Origin: Promethearchaeota archaeon
GTDB taxonomy: Archaea > Asgardarchaeota > Lokiarchaeia > Sigyniarchaeales > SOKP01
Assembly (NCBI GenBank): GCA_048938895.1
Contig: JBHLLU010000005.1
Location: forward strand, 55,527-119,526
DNA: 64,000 nt
Direction of reading: 5' to 3'
Shown: positions 11,586-20,772 of the stretch, piece after piece
Layout: each line of letters opens with the position of its first letter
Numbering within the stretch: the first letter of the stretch is position 1
Translations under genes and position numbers: made by a program
Notes under the pieces: generated by a model
The model's database searches: none
What the model was told of the DNA's origin: nothing
Seen by the model: only the letters and a program-made list of their open reading frames with translations

Positions 11586-11596
11586 GAAAATGTACT

Positions 11597-12382
11597 TTAA
11601 ATTATGTCTGAAATAATTTTCATATAATCAAGATTCAATCCTGTTTCTTTTATTTTCAGATGAATTAAAAATTCAGTTGCGCCTTCTTTCCCTAATATCG
11701 GGGATTTAATTAAATTTATTGGAAAAAATTGATAATTAATAGCCCATTTAATTAGATCATCCAGAATTTGGTGAAGGTTTTGGGGATCTTGAATAAACTT
11801 TAGCTTAGATTTAGTATCCATTTCAGAATTAATTTCAAAAAAGGGTTTGATCAATGCTATTATATCTCCATTATCCTTTATTACCTGTTTTATGAGTGGT
11901 AAAATTTTCTTTAATGATACAAATGTGATATCTATAGTAGCTACATCGACTTTTTCTTTTATATTAATTAAATTACGCGCATCTACACCCAACATTGGAA
12001 CCACTCGTCCTTGATTTTTTTCACATTGTAGTGAGGGGTGGAGTAAATCAGTAGCTTTATCAATAGCATAAACCCTTTTTGCTCCATGCTTTAAAAGGCA
12101 ATCAGTAAATCCCCCGATTGAAGCACCAACATCAACGCAAATTTTTTCTTTAACATTTATAGAAAATTCTCTTAAAGCAGCTTCTAATTTTAATCCTCCT
12201 CTGCCGACATAGGGAAATTCCTTATTTAATACAATCTTGAGAGAATTATCAACTTTTTTTCCAGGTTTTAGAATTATTTTACTATTTACTTCAACAAAAC
12301 CATTAGTAATTAACCATTGAGCTTTAACTCTACTTTCAACCAACCTTCTTTCTACTAAAATAATATCTAATCTCTCTTTCAT
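11597..12382 (-). CDS. tlyA: TlyA-family rRNA 2'-O-methyltransferase (S4 domain plus MTase)
   Basis: ERLD S4 start, YVGRGGLKL, DVGASIGGFTD, LIKPFFE. Confidence 0.88.
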   Translation of the reverse strand: MKERLDIILVERRLVESRVKAQWLITNGFVEVNSKIILKPGKKVDNSLKIVLNKEFPYVGRGGLKLEAALREFSINVKEKICVDVGASIGGFTDCLLKHGAKRVYAIDKATDLLHPSLQCEKNQGRVVPMLGVDARNLINIKEKVDVATIDITFVSLKKILPLIKQVIKDNGDIIALIKPFFEINSEMDTKSKLKFIQDPQNLHQILDDLIKWAINYQFFPINLIKSPILGKEGATEFLIHLKIKETGLNLDYMKIISDII

Positions 12383-13488
12383 TTACTTATTCTCTCAATG
12401 TTATTCCTATTCAGAATTTCTTCAATTTTCATGGAAATTCTTTGGCTAAGTCTTCCAATTTGTGATTTTATAGATGCATTTCTATTCCATTTCTTAAATA
12501 TTGTCCTAAATAAAATACCTATTAAAAAGAATGCACCCATAGCAAAAAACCATATAGAAACGGGGTTCAATAGATGATAAAAAAGAAAATATAATAAATT
12601 ATGTGATAGATAGATTGTCAAAGAATAATAGGAATAATAAAAAAAGAATTTATAACTTCTCTTTGTAGTCATAATGCCCATCCTTTCAATTTGTAAGAGA
12701 ATTGAGAGTAAGACAATTTCAATTCCAAATGAATAGATTATCCATGAAAGACTTTCCCTCTTTAAAAATTCAGGAAAAAACAATAAAACTCCAGATAAGA
12801 TTAGTAAAAAACCAATTATTAATAGATAGAAAAGGGTAACCTTTAATTTTTGACTAGTAGGTTCATTAATTTTTTCATAGATAATATCACCGATAACAGT
12901 ACCAATGAGGAAAAATGGGAAGAAAATAAGAATTGGATCTTGATTAAGACCATTATAAAATACATGAAATAATAAACCAAAAAAATTTGATTGTCCTTGA
13001 AATGGAACTAATGTTGGAACAAGAAATAAATTTAGAGCTATAACTAAAATCGCAATAGTTATCCTAATCCACTTTAAAGTTTTTAATAACGGCCATGCTA
13101 AAAAAAGAGAGATTGCTGCAGTTAATAACACAAACCAAATCCAAATCATGCGAAGATCTTTAAAAGCTATTGCGGTTGGTATATTATAAATAAGAGCTAC
13201 AATGAGAATAAAAAACGCCCGCAATAGGTAAGAATTTCTAGCCATTCGATAATTATAATTTTCTGAATTTCTAGCTCTATTTAATCGTTTTCTATATGAT
13301 AATGCGATACTTACTCCAGAAACAAAAAGAAATCCTGAAGCACCAATAGAATCTACAATCATTATTCCAATTGAATGTAACCAACTAAATTCAGGTCTTA
13401 ACCACCAATCTATAATATGGGTTAAAACCATCCAAGCCATGCATAAGCCGCGAAAAATATCAATACTTTTGAGCCTTTGAACGTCCAT
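12379..13488 (-). CDS. DUF1624/HGSNAT-like membrane acyltransferase
   Basis: RLKSIDIFRGLCMAWMVLTH motif; many TM helices. Confidence 0.8.
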   Translation of the reverse strand: MDVQRLKSIDIFRGLCMAWMVLTHIIDWWLRPEFSWLHSIGIMIVDSIGASGFLFVSGVSIALSYRKRLNRARNSENYNYRMARNSYLLRAFFILIVALIYNIPTAIAFKDLRMIWIWFVLLTAAISLFLAWPLLKTLKWIRITIAILVIALNLFLVPTLVPFQGQSNFFGLLFHVFYNGLNQDPILIFFPFFLIGTVIGDIIYEKINEPTSQKLKVTLFYLLIIGFLLILSGVLLFFPEFLKRESLSWIIYSFGIEIVLLSILLQIERMGIMTTKRSYKFFFYYSYYSLTIYLSHNLLYFLFYHLLNPVSIWFFAMGAFFLIGILFRTIFKKWNRNASIKSQIGRLSQRISMKIEEILNRNNIERISK

Positions 13489-13543
13489 CCTAATAGATGA
13501 TTAGTAAAATTTTATATTAAAATACCTAAGGTCTTTAAAAAAT

Positions 13544-14425
13544 TTATTCCTTTCTATTTTTTTCTAAAAATCCATGATTAGAAACCTTGTTAACCAATTC
13601 AGAAGATTCACTTAAGGAGATCTCATTTTTTAATATTTTTTCTACAAATTCTTGAAAATTACTAAAATTTTCAATGCTATTTCGAATATTTTTAAATTCC
13701 ATAATATAATTTGAATTTTGCATTTTAGCTTTCTTATATATCTCCAAAGAATTCCTATAATCTATTTTTATCCCTTTCCTCAGAGCTAAGATTAGAGCAG
13801 ATAGTTCATGTTTCGTTTTGAATTTCTTTTTTAAGTTTTGGATTTTGAGTTTTGAAGATTTAGATTCATTAATTAGAAAAATGTTTAGATAATCTCCGTT
13901 TCGAAAAAGTTCCGAAATTCTTTCAATCAACTCAATTGTCATTGTCAAGAGACCACTTCCGAATTTAAAAGTTAATTTCAATGGATTAGGATTATCTGAT
14001 TGAAAGCAATTAATATAATCCTTAACTATGGTAATAATTCCTTCTCTATCATAAAAAGTATGTGAAACAAGATAATAATCATCCAAAAAAACAACCATTC
14101 CTATTTTTTTCGAACCAGGGTCGATAGAAAATACCAATTCAGAATAAAATTCTTTATAGCCGATTCTATAGGCTGCTAGGATTTTATTTACGTAATGATT
14201 AAAATTTTCATGTTTACCATATGCTAGTAATTTTAATTTTTTATAACTTCCTTTTAAATTACGAATATCTTCTAAAGTTGTAAGAAGTACTACACGAAGA
14301 TCTGGGATTTTTGAAGTACCACTTAGAATTTTGAATTGAATATTTTTCTTTTTTAATTCCCTATTTAATTTATAAAAAAAATTAAGATCCTCGGTATATA
14401 GATATAAAATTTTTTTATTACTCAA
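13544..14425 (-). CDS. Hypothetical protein with RNase H-like (YqgF/RuvC-like) domain
   Basis: FSIDPGSKKIGMVV and LINESKSS motifs. Confidence 0.55.
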   Translation of the reverse strand: MSNKKILYLYTEDLNFFYKLNRELKKKNIQFKILSGTSKIPDLRVVLLTTLEDIRNLKGSYKKLKLLAYGKHENFNHYVNKILAAYRIGYKEFYSELVFSIDPGSKKIGMVVFLDDYYLVSHTFYDREGIITIVKDYINCFQSDNPNPLKLTFKFGSGLLTMTIELIERISELFRNGDYLNIFLINESKSSKLKIQNLKKKFKTKHELSALILALRKGIKIDYRNSLEIYKKAKMQNSNYIMEFKNIRNSIENFSNFQEFVEKILKNEISLSESSELVNKVSNHGFLEKNRKE

Positions 14426-14469
14426 ATTATAATTATTAATATTAAGTAAAATTAATAATTTTTAATTAG

Positions 14470-15159
14470 ATGATATTCCCAACTTCAATATTAAATACAT
14501 ACTTTGAAAAGATTCCTCATTTTAACGGTATTATTTCGGTGTGGGGAGATTTTGGGGTTGGAAAAACAACATATGCACTCCAAACTACATTTAATACAAT
14601 TGGAAATGAAACCAAGTCGATTTACATTTATACCAAACCTAGTTTCCCCTATTATAAAATTAGCAATATTATTAAAACATCAAAAAAGGATCTAGATTCT
14701 ATTAGTTTCATAACCCTTGGAGAATTTAATGAATTACATAGCTTAGTTTTCAATCTAGAGTTTTTAATTTTAAACAATTTAAAAAGAAGGGCAATTCCTT
14801 ATAAATTAATAGTTATTGATTCCTTAACCGATCTCTATAGGCTAGCATTGAATCGTGAGAAGAAAGATAAAAACTATAATCTTAATTATAATCTAAATCA
14901 AATTTTAGCAAATCTTCATTATTTAAATGAAACTTACAACGTCGAAATCTTAGTAATTAATGAAAAAGTTCAATCAAGAATAAATGATACAATTGTCGAA
15001 CTCCAGAGTGGTGGAAAAGTAATGGACTACTGGGTCTCATTAGATATAAAAATTGAACGAACGGGAGTCTTGAAAGAGAGGAAATTTGCTCTCACAAATC
15101 ATATAAATAATGATACTTTTGAATTTCTGTCTAATATGACTGAAAAGGGATTTCAATAA
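14470..15159 (+). CDS. RecA-superfamily ATPase, RadB/Rad51-paralog-like
   Basis: Walker A GDFGVGKT, Walker B LIVIDS, SGGKVMDYW; no N-terminal HhH domain. Confidence 0.75.
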   Translation: MIFPTSILNTYFEKIPHFNGIISVWGDFGVGKTTYALQTTFNTIGNETKSIYIYTKPSFPYYKISNIIKTSKKDLDSISFITLGEFNELHSLVFNLEFLILNNLKRRAIPYKLIVIDSLTDLYRLALNREKKDKNYNLNYNLNQILANLHYLNETYNVEILVINEKVQSRINDTIVELQSGGKVMDYWVSLDIKIERTGVLKERKFALTNHINNDTFEFLSNMTEKGFQ

Positions 15160-15249
15160 TAATAGCAAAAAAGTATAGCAAAAAAATATCAGATTTAAAT
15201 CAATCTTTATAGTATTATTTAATAGATGGATAAAATATGAGGAAAATTA

Positions 15250-16479
15250 ATGAATTTTGATTTAACAACAATTCAGGAAGGAGGATTAAAGTTCTTAATC
15301 AATTCTGTTGATAAAGACTCAATTCCTTCAAAATCTATGGGAGTATTTTATAATCGGAAAATGGAAATTAATAGAGATATTACTAGTTTAGCAATTAATG
15401 CATATAACAAAACTATAAACCAAGATCCTCTTATAATAGTAGATTCTATGGCGGCATCAGGAATAAGTTCTATAAGAATACTGAAAGAATGTAATAACAT
15501 TAAGAAAATGTATATTAATGACATTAATCCCTACGCAGTTGAACTTATTCACAAAAATTTATTATTAAACGAATTAAATAATCACCCTGCTGAAATAGAG
15601 GTATCCAGAAAGGATTCAAATTTCTTATTTTCTGAAATTGGACAAAATATTCTTAATTGCACTAAGTACGATTTACAAAAGCCAAATATAATCTCAATAG
15701 ATCCATTTGGCACTCCTAATCTATACTTAGATGCTGCTTTTAAAGCAATACAAAGAGTAAACGGCTTATTATGTATTACTGCTACTGATACAGCAGTACT
15801 TTTTGGAGTAAGACCATTAAGCTGTATTCGCAAGTATATGTCAAAACCCTTACATACAGAGTATTGTAAAGAAATAGGTGCACGCATCTTATTATACTTT
15901 ATCTCAAGAATTGCGAATATAAATAACCTGGGGATTATTCCTCTCCTTACATTTTATTCTTCACATTTTATTCGAGTCTATTGTCTAACTTTTAAAAATA
16001 GAAAAAGAATTGCTGAATTTTTTAAAGATTACAGGTATTTTTTACATTGCAATTACTGTGGATATCGCACAATTCTTTCGGATAATAATATTGAATTATC
16101 TAGAAATTGCCCAATTTGTGAAAAAAGTGGTGGTATCAACTATGCGGGGCCTATCTGGAATAATGAACTCCATAATGATGATTTTCTCAAAAAAATGATT
16201 GAAATAAATAGTCAATATCATTATAATAACAAGAATCGAATTCATAAGTTATTACACATCATTAAAGGAGAAATAGGTAAACCTCCATTCTATTATAATA
16301 TTCATAAATTAAGTAAAGTATTAAAAATCTCAAATACTCCGAAGTTAGATGATATAATTACCCGCATTAAAGAAAAGGGTTATAGAGTTTCAAGGACTCA
16401 TTTTGATTTCATATCAATTAAAACCAATATTGATATAATTTCGATTAAAAATATATTATTACAATTAGGAAAGAATTAG
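15250..16479 (+). CDS. trm1: tRNA (guanine-26,N2)-dimethyltransferase
   Basis: VFYNRKMEINRD, IDPFGTP, ITATDTA, zinc-ribbon CxxC pairs, SRTHF. Confidence 0.93.
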   Translation: MNFDLTTIQEGGLKFLINSVDKDSIPSKSMGVFYNRKMEINRDITSLAINAYNKTINQDPLIIVDSMAASGISSIRILKECNNIKKMYINDINPYAVELIHKNLLLNELNNHPAEIEVSRKDSNFLFSEIGQNILNCTKYDLQKPNIISIDPFGTPNLYLDAAFKAIQRVNGLLCITATDTAVLFGVRPLSCIRKYMSKPLHTEYCKEIGARILLYFISRIANINNLGIIPLLTFYSSHFIRVYCLTFKNRKRIAEFFKDYRYFLHCNYCGYRTILSDNNIELSRNCPICEKSGGINYAGPIWNNELHNDDFLKKMIEINSQYHYNNKNRIHKLLHIIKGEIGKPPFYYNIHKLSKVLKISNTPKLDDIITRIKEKGYRVSRTHFDFISIKTNIDIISIKNILLQLGKN

Positions 16480-16485
16480 AGTGAA

Positions 16486-17121
16486 TTGACGAACAATAAA
16501 ACAAGCCATAAGCAAGATCCCCATTATCAAAAAGCTAAAAAAGAAGGCTATAGAGCAAGATCAGCATATAAATTACTAGAAATTCAAAAAAGATACAACA
16601 TTTTTAAACGTGCGTTCTATATTTTGGATCTAGGATGCGCACCCGGCTCCTGGCTTCAAATTTCAAAAAAATTTGCTGAAGATAATTTAATTAAGTATGA
16701 TGATCAATATTACCATCGTAATGAATATAAAATACTAGGTGTGGATTTAAAGAAAGTATCCCCTATTGAAAATATTGTTACTTTGCAAATGGATTTTACT
16801 AATCCTACGTTTCAAAACAAAATTGAATCTTTTTTTCATGATAAAATAGATTTGATTTTATCTGATTCCTCAATAAACAAAACTGGTAATAAATTTTCTG
16901 ATCAAATAAAACAGATTAATCTTTGTTATAAAATTCTTGAGTTGGCAAAGATTTATTTGAAATTTAAGGGAGTATTAGTAATGAAAGCATTTCAAGGAAC
17001 TGATTTTAACAGTTTTGTAGCAAAAATGAAATCTGAATTTAGATTATTAAAAACTTTTAAACCTAGTTCATCTAAAAAAAAAAGTAATGAAATTTATCTT
17101 ATTGGGAAGCAAAAAAAGTAA
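16486..17121 (+). CDS. rlmE: RlmE/FtsJ 23S rRNA 2'-O-methyltransferase
   Basis: AKKEGYRARSAYKL, LDLGCAPGSW, SNEIY. Confidence 0.93.
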   Translation: MTNNKTSHKQDPHYQKAKKEGYRARSAYKLLEIQKRYNIFKRAFYILDLGCAPGSWLQISKKFAEDNLIKYDDQYYHRNEYKILGVDLKKVSPIENIVTLQMDFTNPTFQNKIESFFHDKIDLILSDSSINKTGNKFSDQIKQINLCYKILELAKIYLKFKGVLVMKAFQGTDFNSFVAKMKSEFRLLKTFKPSSSKKKSNEIYLIGKQKK

Positions 17122-17733
17122 TTAGATGTCTTGTAGGCGTTCTTCTATTTCATCAAAATTTATATTATATTCTTTTCCATATGAAGTAATTTCAATCCAT
17201 TCTGTTAGCCATGGGCAATGTAAGGGATTGAATTGATCCATATTAGTATCATTACACTTACTACGAAATGGACAGATAAAACATGGTTGTCTGGAAAACA
17301 TATTCCATACAAAATCTTTCCGAGTCTTATCAATTTTAACACTTTTCACTTTTACTTCAATTTCTTCAATTGAATAAATTAGTTTCGTCCAAGACGCATC
17401 AATTAATTCGCGTTTGATTTTTACTTTTGATTGAAGTGCTAAAACATCCAGAATTTCTTCTAATTCATTAGATTCGATTTTGCTTAATTTTAGAAGATCA
17501 TTAAAATAAATCTCCTTTTCTCGATTAATAATATTTAATACATTTTTCTCGTTTTTATGCAATGAACGCTTAAATTCTCTCTTTTTTTCTTCTATCCTTT
17601 CAATCCTTCGTTCGACGTCAGATTTTTCATCTACTGGACCTTCAATCCTTTCCTTTATTTTACATTTATGACGTGATAAATAAGCAAAACTCTTCCCGCA
17701 ATAAGGACAAGTCTCTTTTTTCTTCTTAGCCAT
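17122..17733 (-). CDS. TFEbeta / RPC34-like protein (winged helix plus C-terminal 4Fe-4S motif) with an N-terminal zinc-finger-like motif
   Basis: PCFICP..C..NPLHCPWLTEW matches the RPC34/RPC39 C-terminal PCxxCP..C..PxxCxxxxxW pattern. Confidence 0.75.
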   Translation of the reverse strand: MAKKKKETCPYCGKSFAYLSRHKCKIKERIEGPVDEKSDVERRIERIEEKKREFKRSLHKNEKNVLNIINREKEIYFNDLLKLSKIESNELEEILDVLALQSKVKIKRELIDASWTKLIYSIEEIEVKVKSVKIDKTRKDFVWNMFSRQPCFICPFRSKCNDTNMDQFNPLHCPWLTEWIEITSYGKEYNINFDEIEERLQDI

Positions 17734-17927
17734 TGTTTTTAGTTACACAAATATTTTTTCATAAGAAATATGGACTGTTAATTCCATTTTAAGCACTATG
17801 ATAATAATTTTATGTTTATTTTTAAATTAATTTTTCTATTTTAATTCAACTTTTCGAAGTAATATTTTATTGTTTAAGATGGTTTTTGCAAACTATATTT
17901 AAAGTTGATAAAACTTAATACATATAG

Positions 17928-18746
17928 ATGTCACTCCATAAAATTTTAAAAATTAAAGAAAACCAAATCATTCCACATGATCAAATTATTTTAGGATCTG
18001 AAAATTTAAAGAAAGACAGGAAAAAACTTCATATAGGTTCTAAAAATTTTAATGATGCAATAGGAGGTGGGTTTTCCCCAGGAACGAAATATTTAATATT
18101 TGGTGCGAACAAAACTGGTAAAACCCAATTATGTCACCAAATTTGTATCCAAGGATATAAATTTTTTAGTAGGATTGTTAAAAAGCAAAATATCAAATTC
18201 ATATTTTATTTTGATACAGAAAACACTTTTCGACCTGAACGACTAAGGGAATTGTTAAATTCATCTGATCCTAAGATTAATAGTGTTTTTAAAACCATTT
18301 TGGTGTCTAAAATTATGAGCACTTCAGCACTCAACCTTGCTCTAAAGGACTTTGATACTTTAGCTAAAAAGGTTGAAGGAGGTTTGTTAATAATAGATTC
18401 AATTAATAACCACTTTAGATCTGATTTAGGTAATAAAAAAATTTCATTTAATGAGAGCAAAAACATTTTTTTGAGCATCTTAAATAAAATAAATGAACTT
18501 ACTGAAACTTCTAATCTAATTACAATAGTGACTTCTCAAGTTACAGCCAATTTCTCAAAAAAAGGGAATATTAAAGAAATACCTGTTGGAAATCAATTTT
18601 TAAATCACTTCTTCTCAGAATATATTTATTTGAGTAAAAAGGATAGTGAAACTAACCATGTACAATTAGTTAATTCATTGAACTACCCTGAAAAAAAGCT
18701 TTTGTATAAAATAACCTCTAATGGGATTCAAGATTATAAGATTTGA
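17928..18746 (+). CDS. RadA/Rad51 paralog lacking the N-terminal domain
   Basis: GANKTGKTQLCHQ, FDTENTFRPERL, LLIIDS. Confidence 0.85.
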   Translation: MSLHKILKIKENQIIPHDQIILGSENLKKDRKKLHIGSKNFNDAIGGGFSPGTKYLIFGANKTGKTQLCHQICIQGYKFFSRIVKKQNIKFIFYFDTENTFRPERLRELLNSSDPKINSVFKTILVSKIMSTSALNLALKDFDTLAKKVEGGLLIIDSINNHFRSDLGNKKISFNESKNIFLSILNKINELTETSNLITIVTSQVTANFSKKGNIKEIPVGNQFLNHFFSEYIYLSKKDSETNHVQLVNSLNYPEKKLLYKITSNGIQDYKI

Positions 18747-19579
18747 TGCTTTACAATTTGTAGAAAGTGTTCAATCGATATATAATTGAATTTCTTAGAT
18801 ATTTTCTTAGAATTCACAAAATATATTTCATTTTTTATTTTGGGAATAATCCACTCCAATAACATAATTCCATATTGAAGTTTCTTCTTCTTAATCATTG
18901 TCCCTTCTAGATTTTCTTGAAATTCTAACTTAGAATATTTTCCAATAATATTCTGAAAATCCATTCCAATAAGAAATAATTTCTGTGAAGGATTAATTAA
19001 TTTATGTAAAAAATAAATAATTCTATCTCCATCTGTAAACCCTCCTGGATTTATTACATTATCTAGGGGTTCTACTTGAGTTGTGCCTATAATATTGTGA
19101 AAATTTATAATATCATTCCCAAAAATCTTGAGTTTATCAATATTGTCACCGTGGGCATGAACAATATTAAAATCTGAATAATTAAATTCTTTTTTAGTAA
19201 TTCCATCTAGATCTGTGAATATAGCATCAATTTTTATCCCTAGTTCCCGTAAAAAGACAGCAGCTCCGTCAGCTGTGATATTTATAAAACTATTAAAAAA
19301 AACTTCTTCCTGTTCTCTCAATATTTTGTTTACAGTTTCCTCTAATGAAGGACCACACCCATAAATCAAAATATCTGTTTTTTTTGTGAGTTGTTCTTGA
19401 AAAGATTTTATAACATTTTCTAAATTCCATATTTGACTTTTATTAGTAAGTATTTGAGAAAGATAATTACGCGATTTACAATCTTCTTGATAATCGAATC
19501 CAAAATCGCTTATAATCTGAAAATATAATTCTTTAAATTCATGAAAGTAATTTAGGTTATTCTTTAGGCTAGAAACCAT
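18734..19579 (-). CDS. mptE: 6-hydroxymethyl-7,8-dihydropterin pyrophosphokinase (DUF115)
   Basis: GCGPSL, ADGA, TDLDG, VHAHGDN, GGFTDGDR, GMDF. Confidence 0.85.
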   Translation of the reverse strand: MVSSLKNNLNYFHEFKELYFQIISDFGFDYQEDCKSRNYLSQILTNKSQIWNLENVIKSFQEQLTKKTDILIYGCGPSLEETVNKILREQEEVFFNSFINITADGAAVFLRELGIKIDAIFTDLDGITKKEFNYSDFNIVHAHGDNIDKLKIFGNDIINFHNIIGTTQVEPLDNVINPGGFTDGDRIIYFLHKLINPSQKLFLIGMDFQNIIGKYSKLEFQENLEGTMIKKKKLQYGIMLLEWIIPKIKNEIYFVNSKKISKKFNYISIEHFLQIVKHQIL

Positions 19580-19708
19580 ATCATCTGATAAACTTAATTG
19601 TAAATCGCAATAATAAAATTTTATATTCTTACCTTAATTAATAAAAACATACTATTTAATTCAATATTATTTTAAGTCATAAACAAATTAAATAGGAGTT
19701 AGTTAAAA

Positions 19709-20101
19709 ATGGTTAAATGGTTTACTAAAACACACCAATGGTTTGATGATGGAACAAAAGAAGTAGGAATTACACCTTATGCTGCTGAGCAGTTAGGTGA
19801 GATTTCTTTTGTTGATGTTGAAGGTCTTGAAGGTGCTGAGCTTGAACAGGTAAAAATGGATGGTGATGAACCTACTAGCGACCCTATTGATTGTACTGTA
19901 GAGAGTAGTAAAGCTGTTGGAGACATTTATAGTCCCGTCTCAGGTACAGTCACTGCAGTTAATTCTGATTTAATGGATGAACCAGAAAAGATTAATGAAA
20001 ATGCTTTTGGAGCCTGGCTCTACAAAATTGATCCATCAAACTGGGAAGCTGAAAAAGGTAACTTATTAGACGAAGCAGCTTATAACGCTTTTATTGGTTA
20101 A
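19709..20101 (+). CDS. gcvH: Glycine cleavage H protein (lipoyl carrier)
   Basis: FTKTHQW, VGITPYA, VESSKA lipoyl-Lys motif, SPVSG. Confidence 0.92.
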   Translation: MVKWFTKTHQWFDDGTKEVGITPYAAEQLGEISFVDVEGLEGAELEQVKMDGDEPTSDPIDCTVESSKAVGDIYSPVSGTVTAVNSDLMDEPEKINENAFGAWLYKIDPSNWEAEKGNLLDEAAYNAFIG

Positions 20102-20114
20102 TCTCTTTAAAATA

Positions 20115-20146
20115 TTTTATTTTTTTTTTTAATCTTTTAATTTTTT
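20115..20146 (+). terminator. Oligo-T tract after gcvH
   Basis: T11 run at 20120-20130 plus further T tracts. Confidence 0.5.
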
Positions 20147-20194
20147 GAATTATATGTGAACTAATATATTTCATTTTAGATCTGAAAGCAAATT

Positions 20195-20701
20195 TTACTG
20201 CTTTAAAACTCCTGTTTTTACTGCTATTATATACTGAAGTCCTATAAAGCAGATTAATATAAGCAAAACACCTACAACTAGATACGTGACTGCCATTTTT
20301 CGATTATAAACATGTTTAGAAGCTTGAAACAATAATACAAATCCCGTAGAGCATAATAAAATTAGGATTGAAGCCACAATGCTTTCGATAATAAAAGCTT
20401 CATTAATATCGGTAAGAATAAAAATGGGATCACCTTGTTGTGTTGCTCCTAGTGCGGGGGGTTCCCTAACAATTAAATAGGCTATACCCGTTTGTAGAAT
20501 AAATAAAATTATAAATATTGTGATTACACTTATTGCTCTTGATGGCATCGGAAGTGATAATCTTGGAAGTCTAAATTTAGGAAAATTTAACCTTGGCTTT
20601 CTAAATGATTTTCCAAAAATCCACGGTGTTTTACTTTTTAATTTCTCAAACACCGTCTCAGAACCAATTATTTCTTCTTTCTTTAATGGTTGTTTTTGCA
20701 T
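20195..20701 (-). CDS. OST3/OST6-family oligosaccharyltransferase accessory subunit, OSTC/DC2-like
   Basis: Three TM; GIAYLIVREPPALG and NEAFIIES align by eye with DC2 GIIYDVIVEPPSVG and NGQYIMEG. Confidence 0.75.
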   Translation of the reverse strand: MQKQPLKKEEIIGSETVFEKLKSKTPWIFGKSFRKPRLNFPKFRLPRLSLPMPSRAISVITIFIILFILQTGIAYLIVREPPALGATQQGDPIFILTDINEAFIIESIVASILILLCSTGFVLLFQASKHVYNRKMAVTYLVVGVLLILICFIGLQYIIAVKTGVLKQ

Positions 20702-20772
20702 AATCTACAATAAAAGAATTATTAATTACAATTTAATAATTTTTTCAAATCATAATATCTTTTGTTAATATT

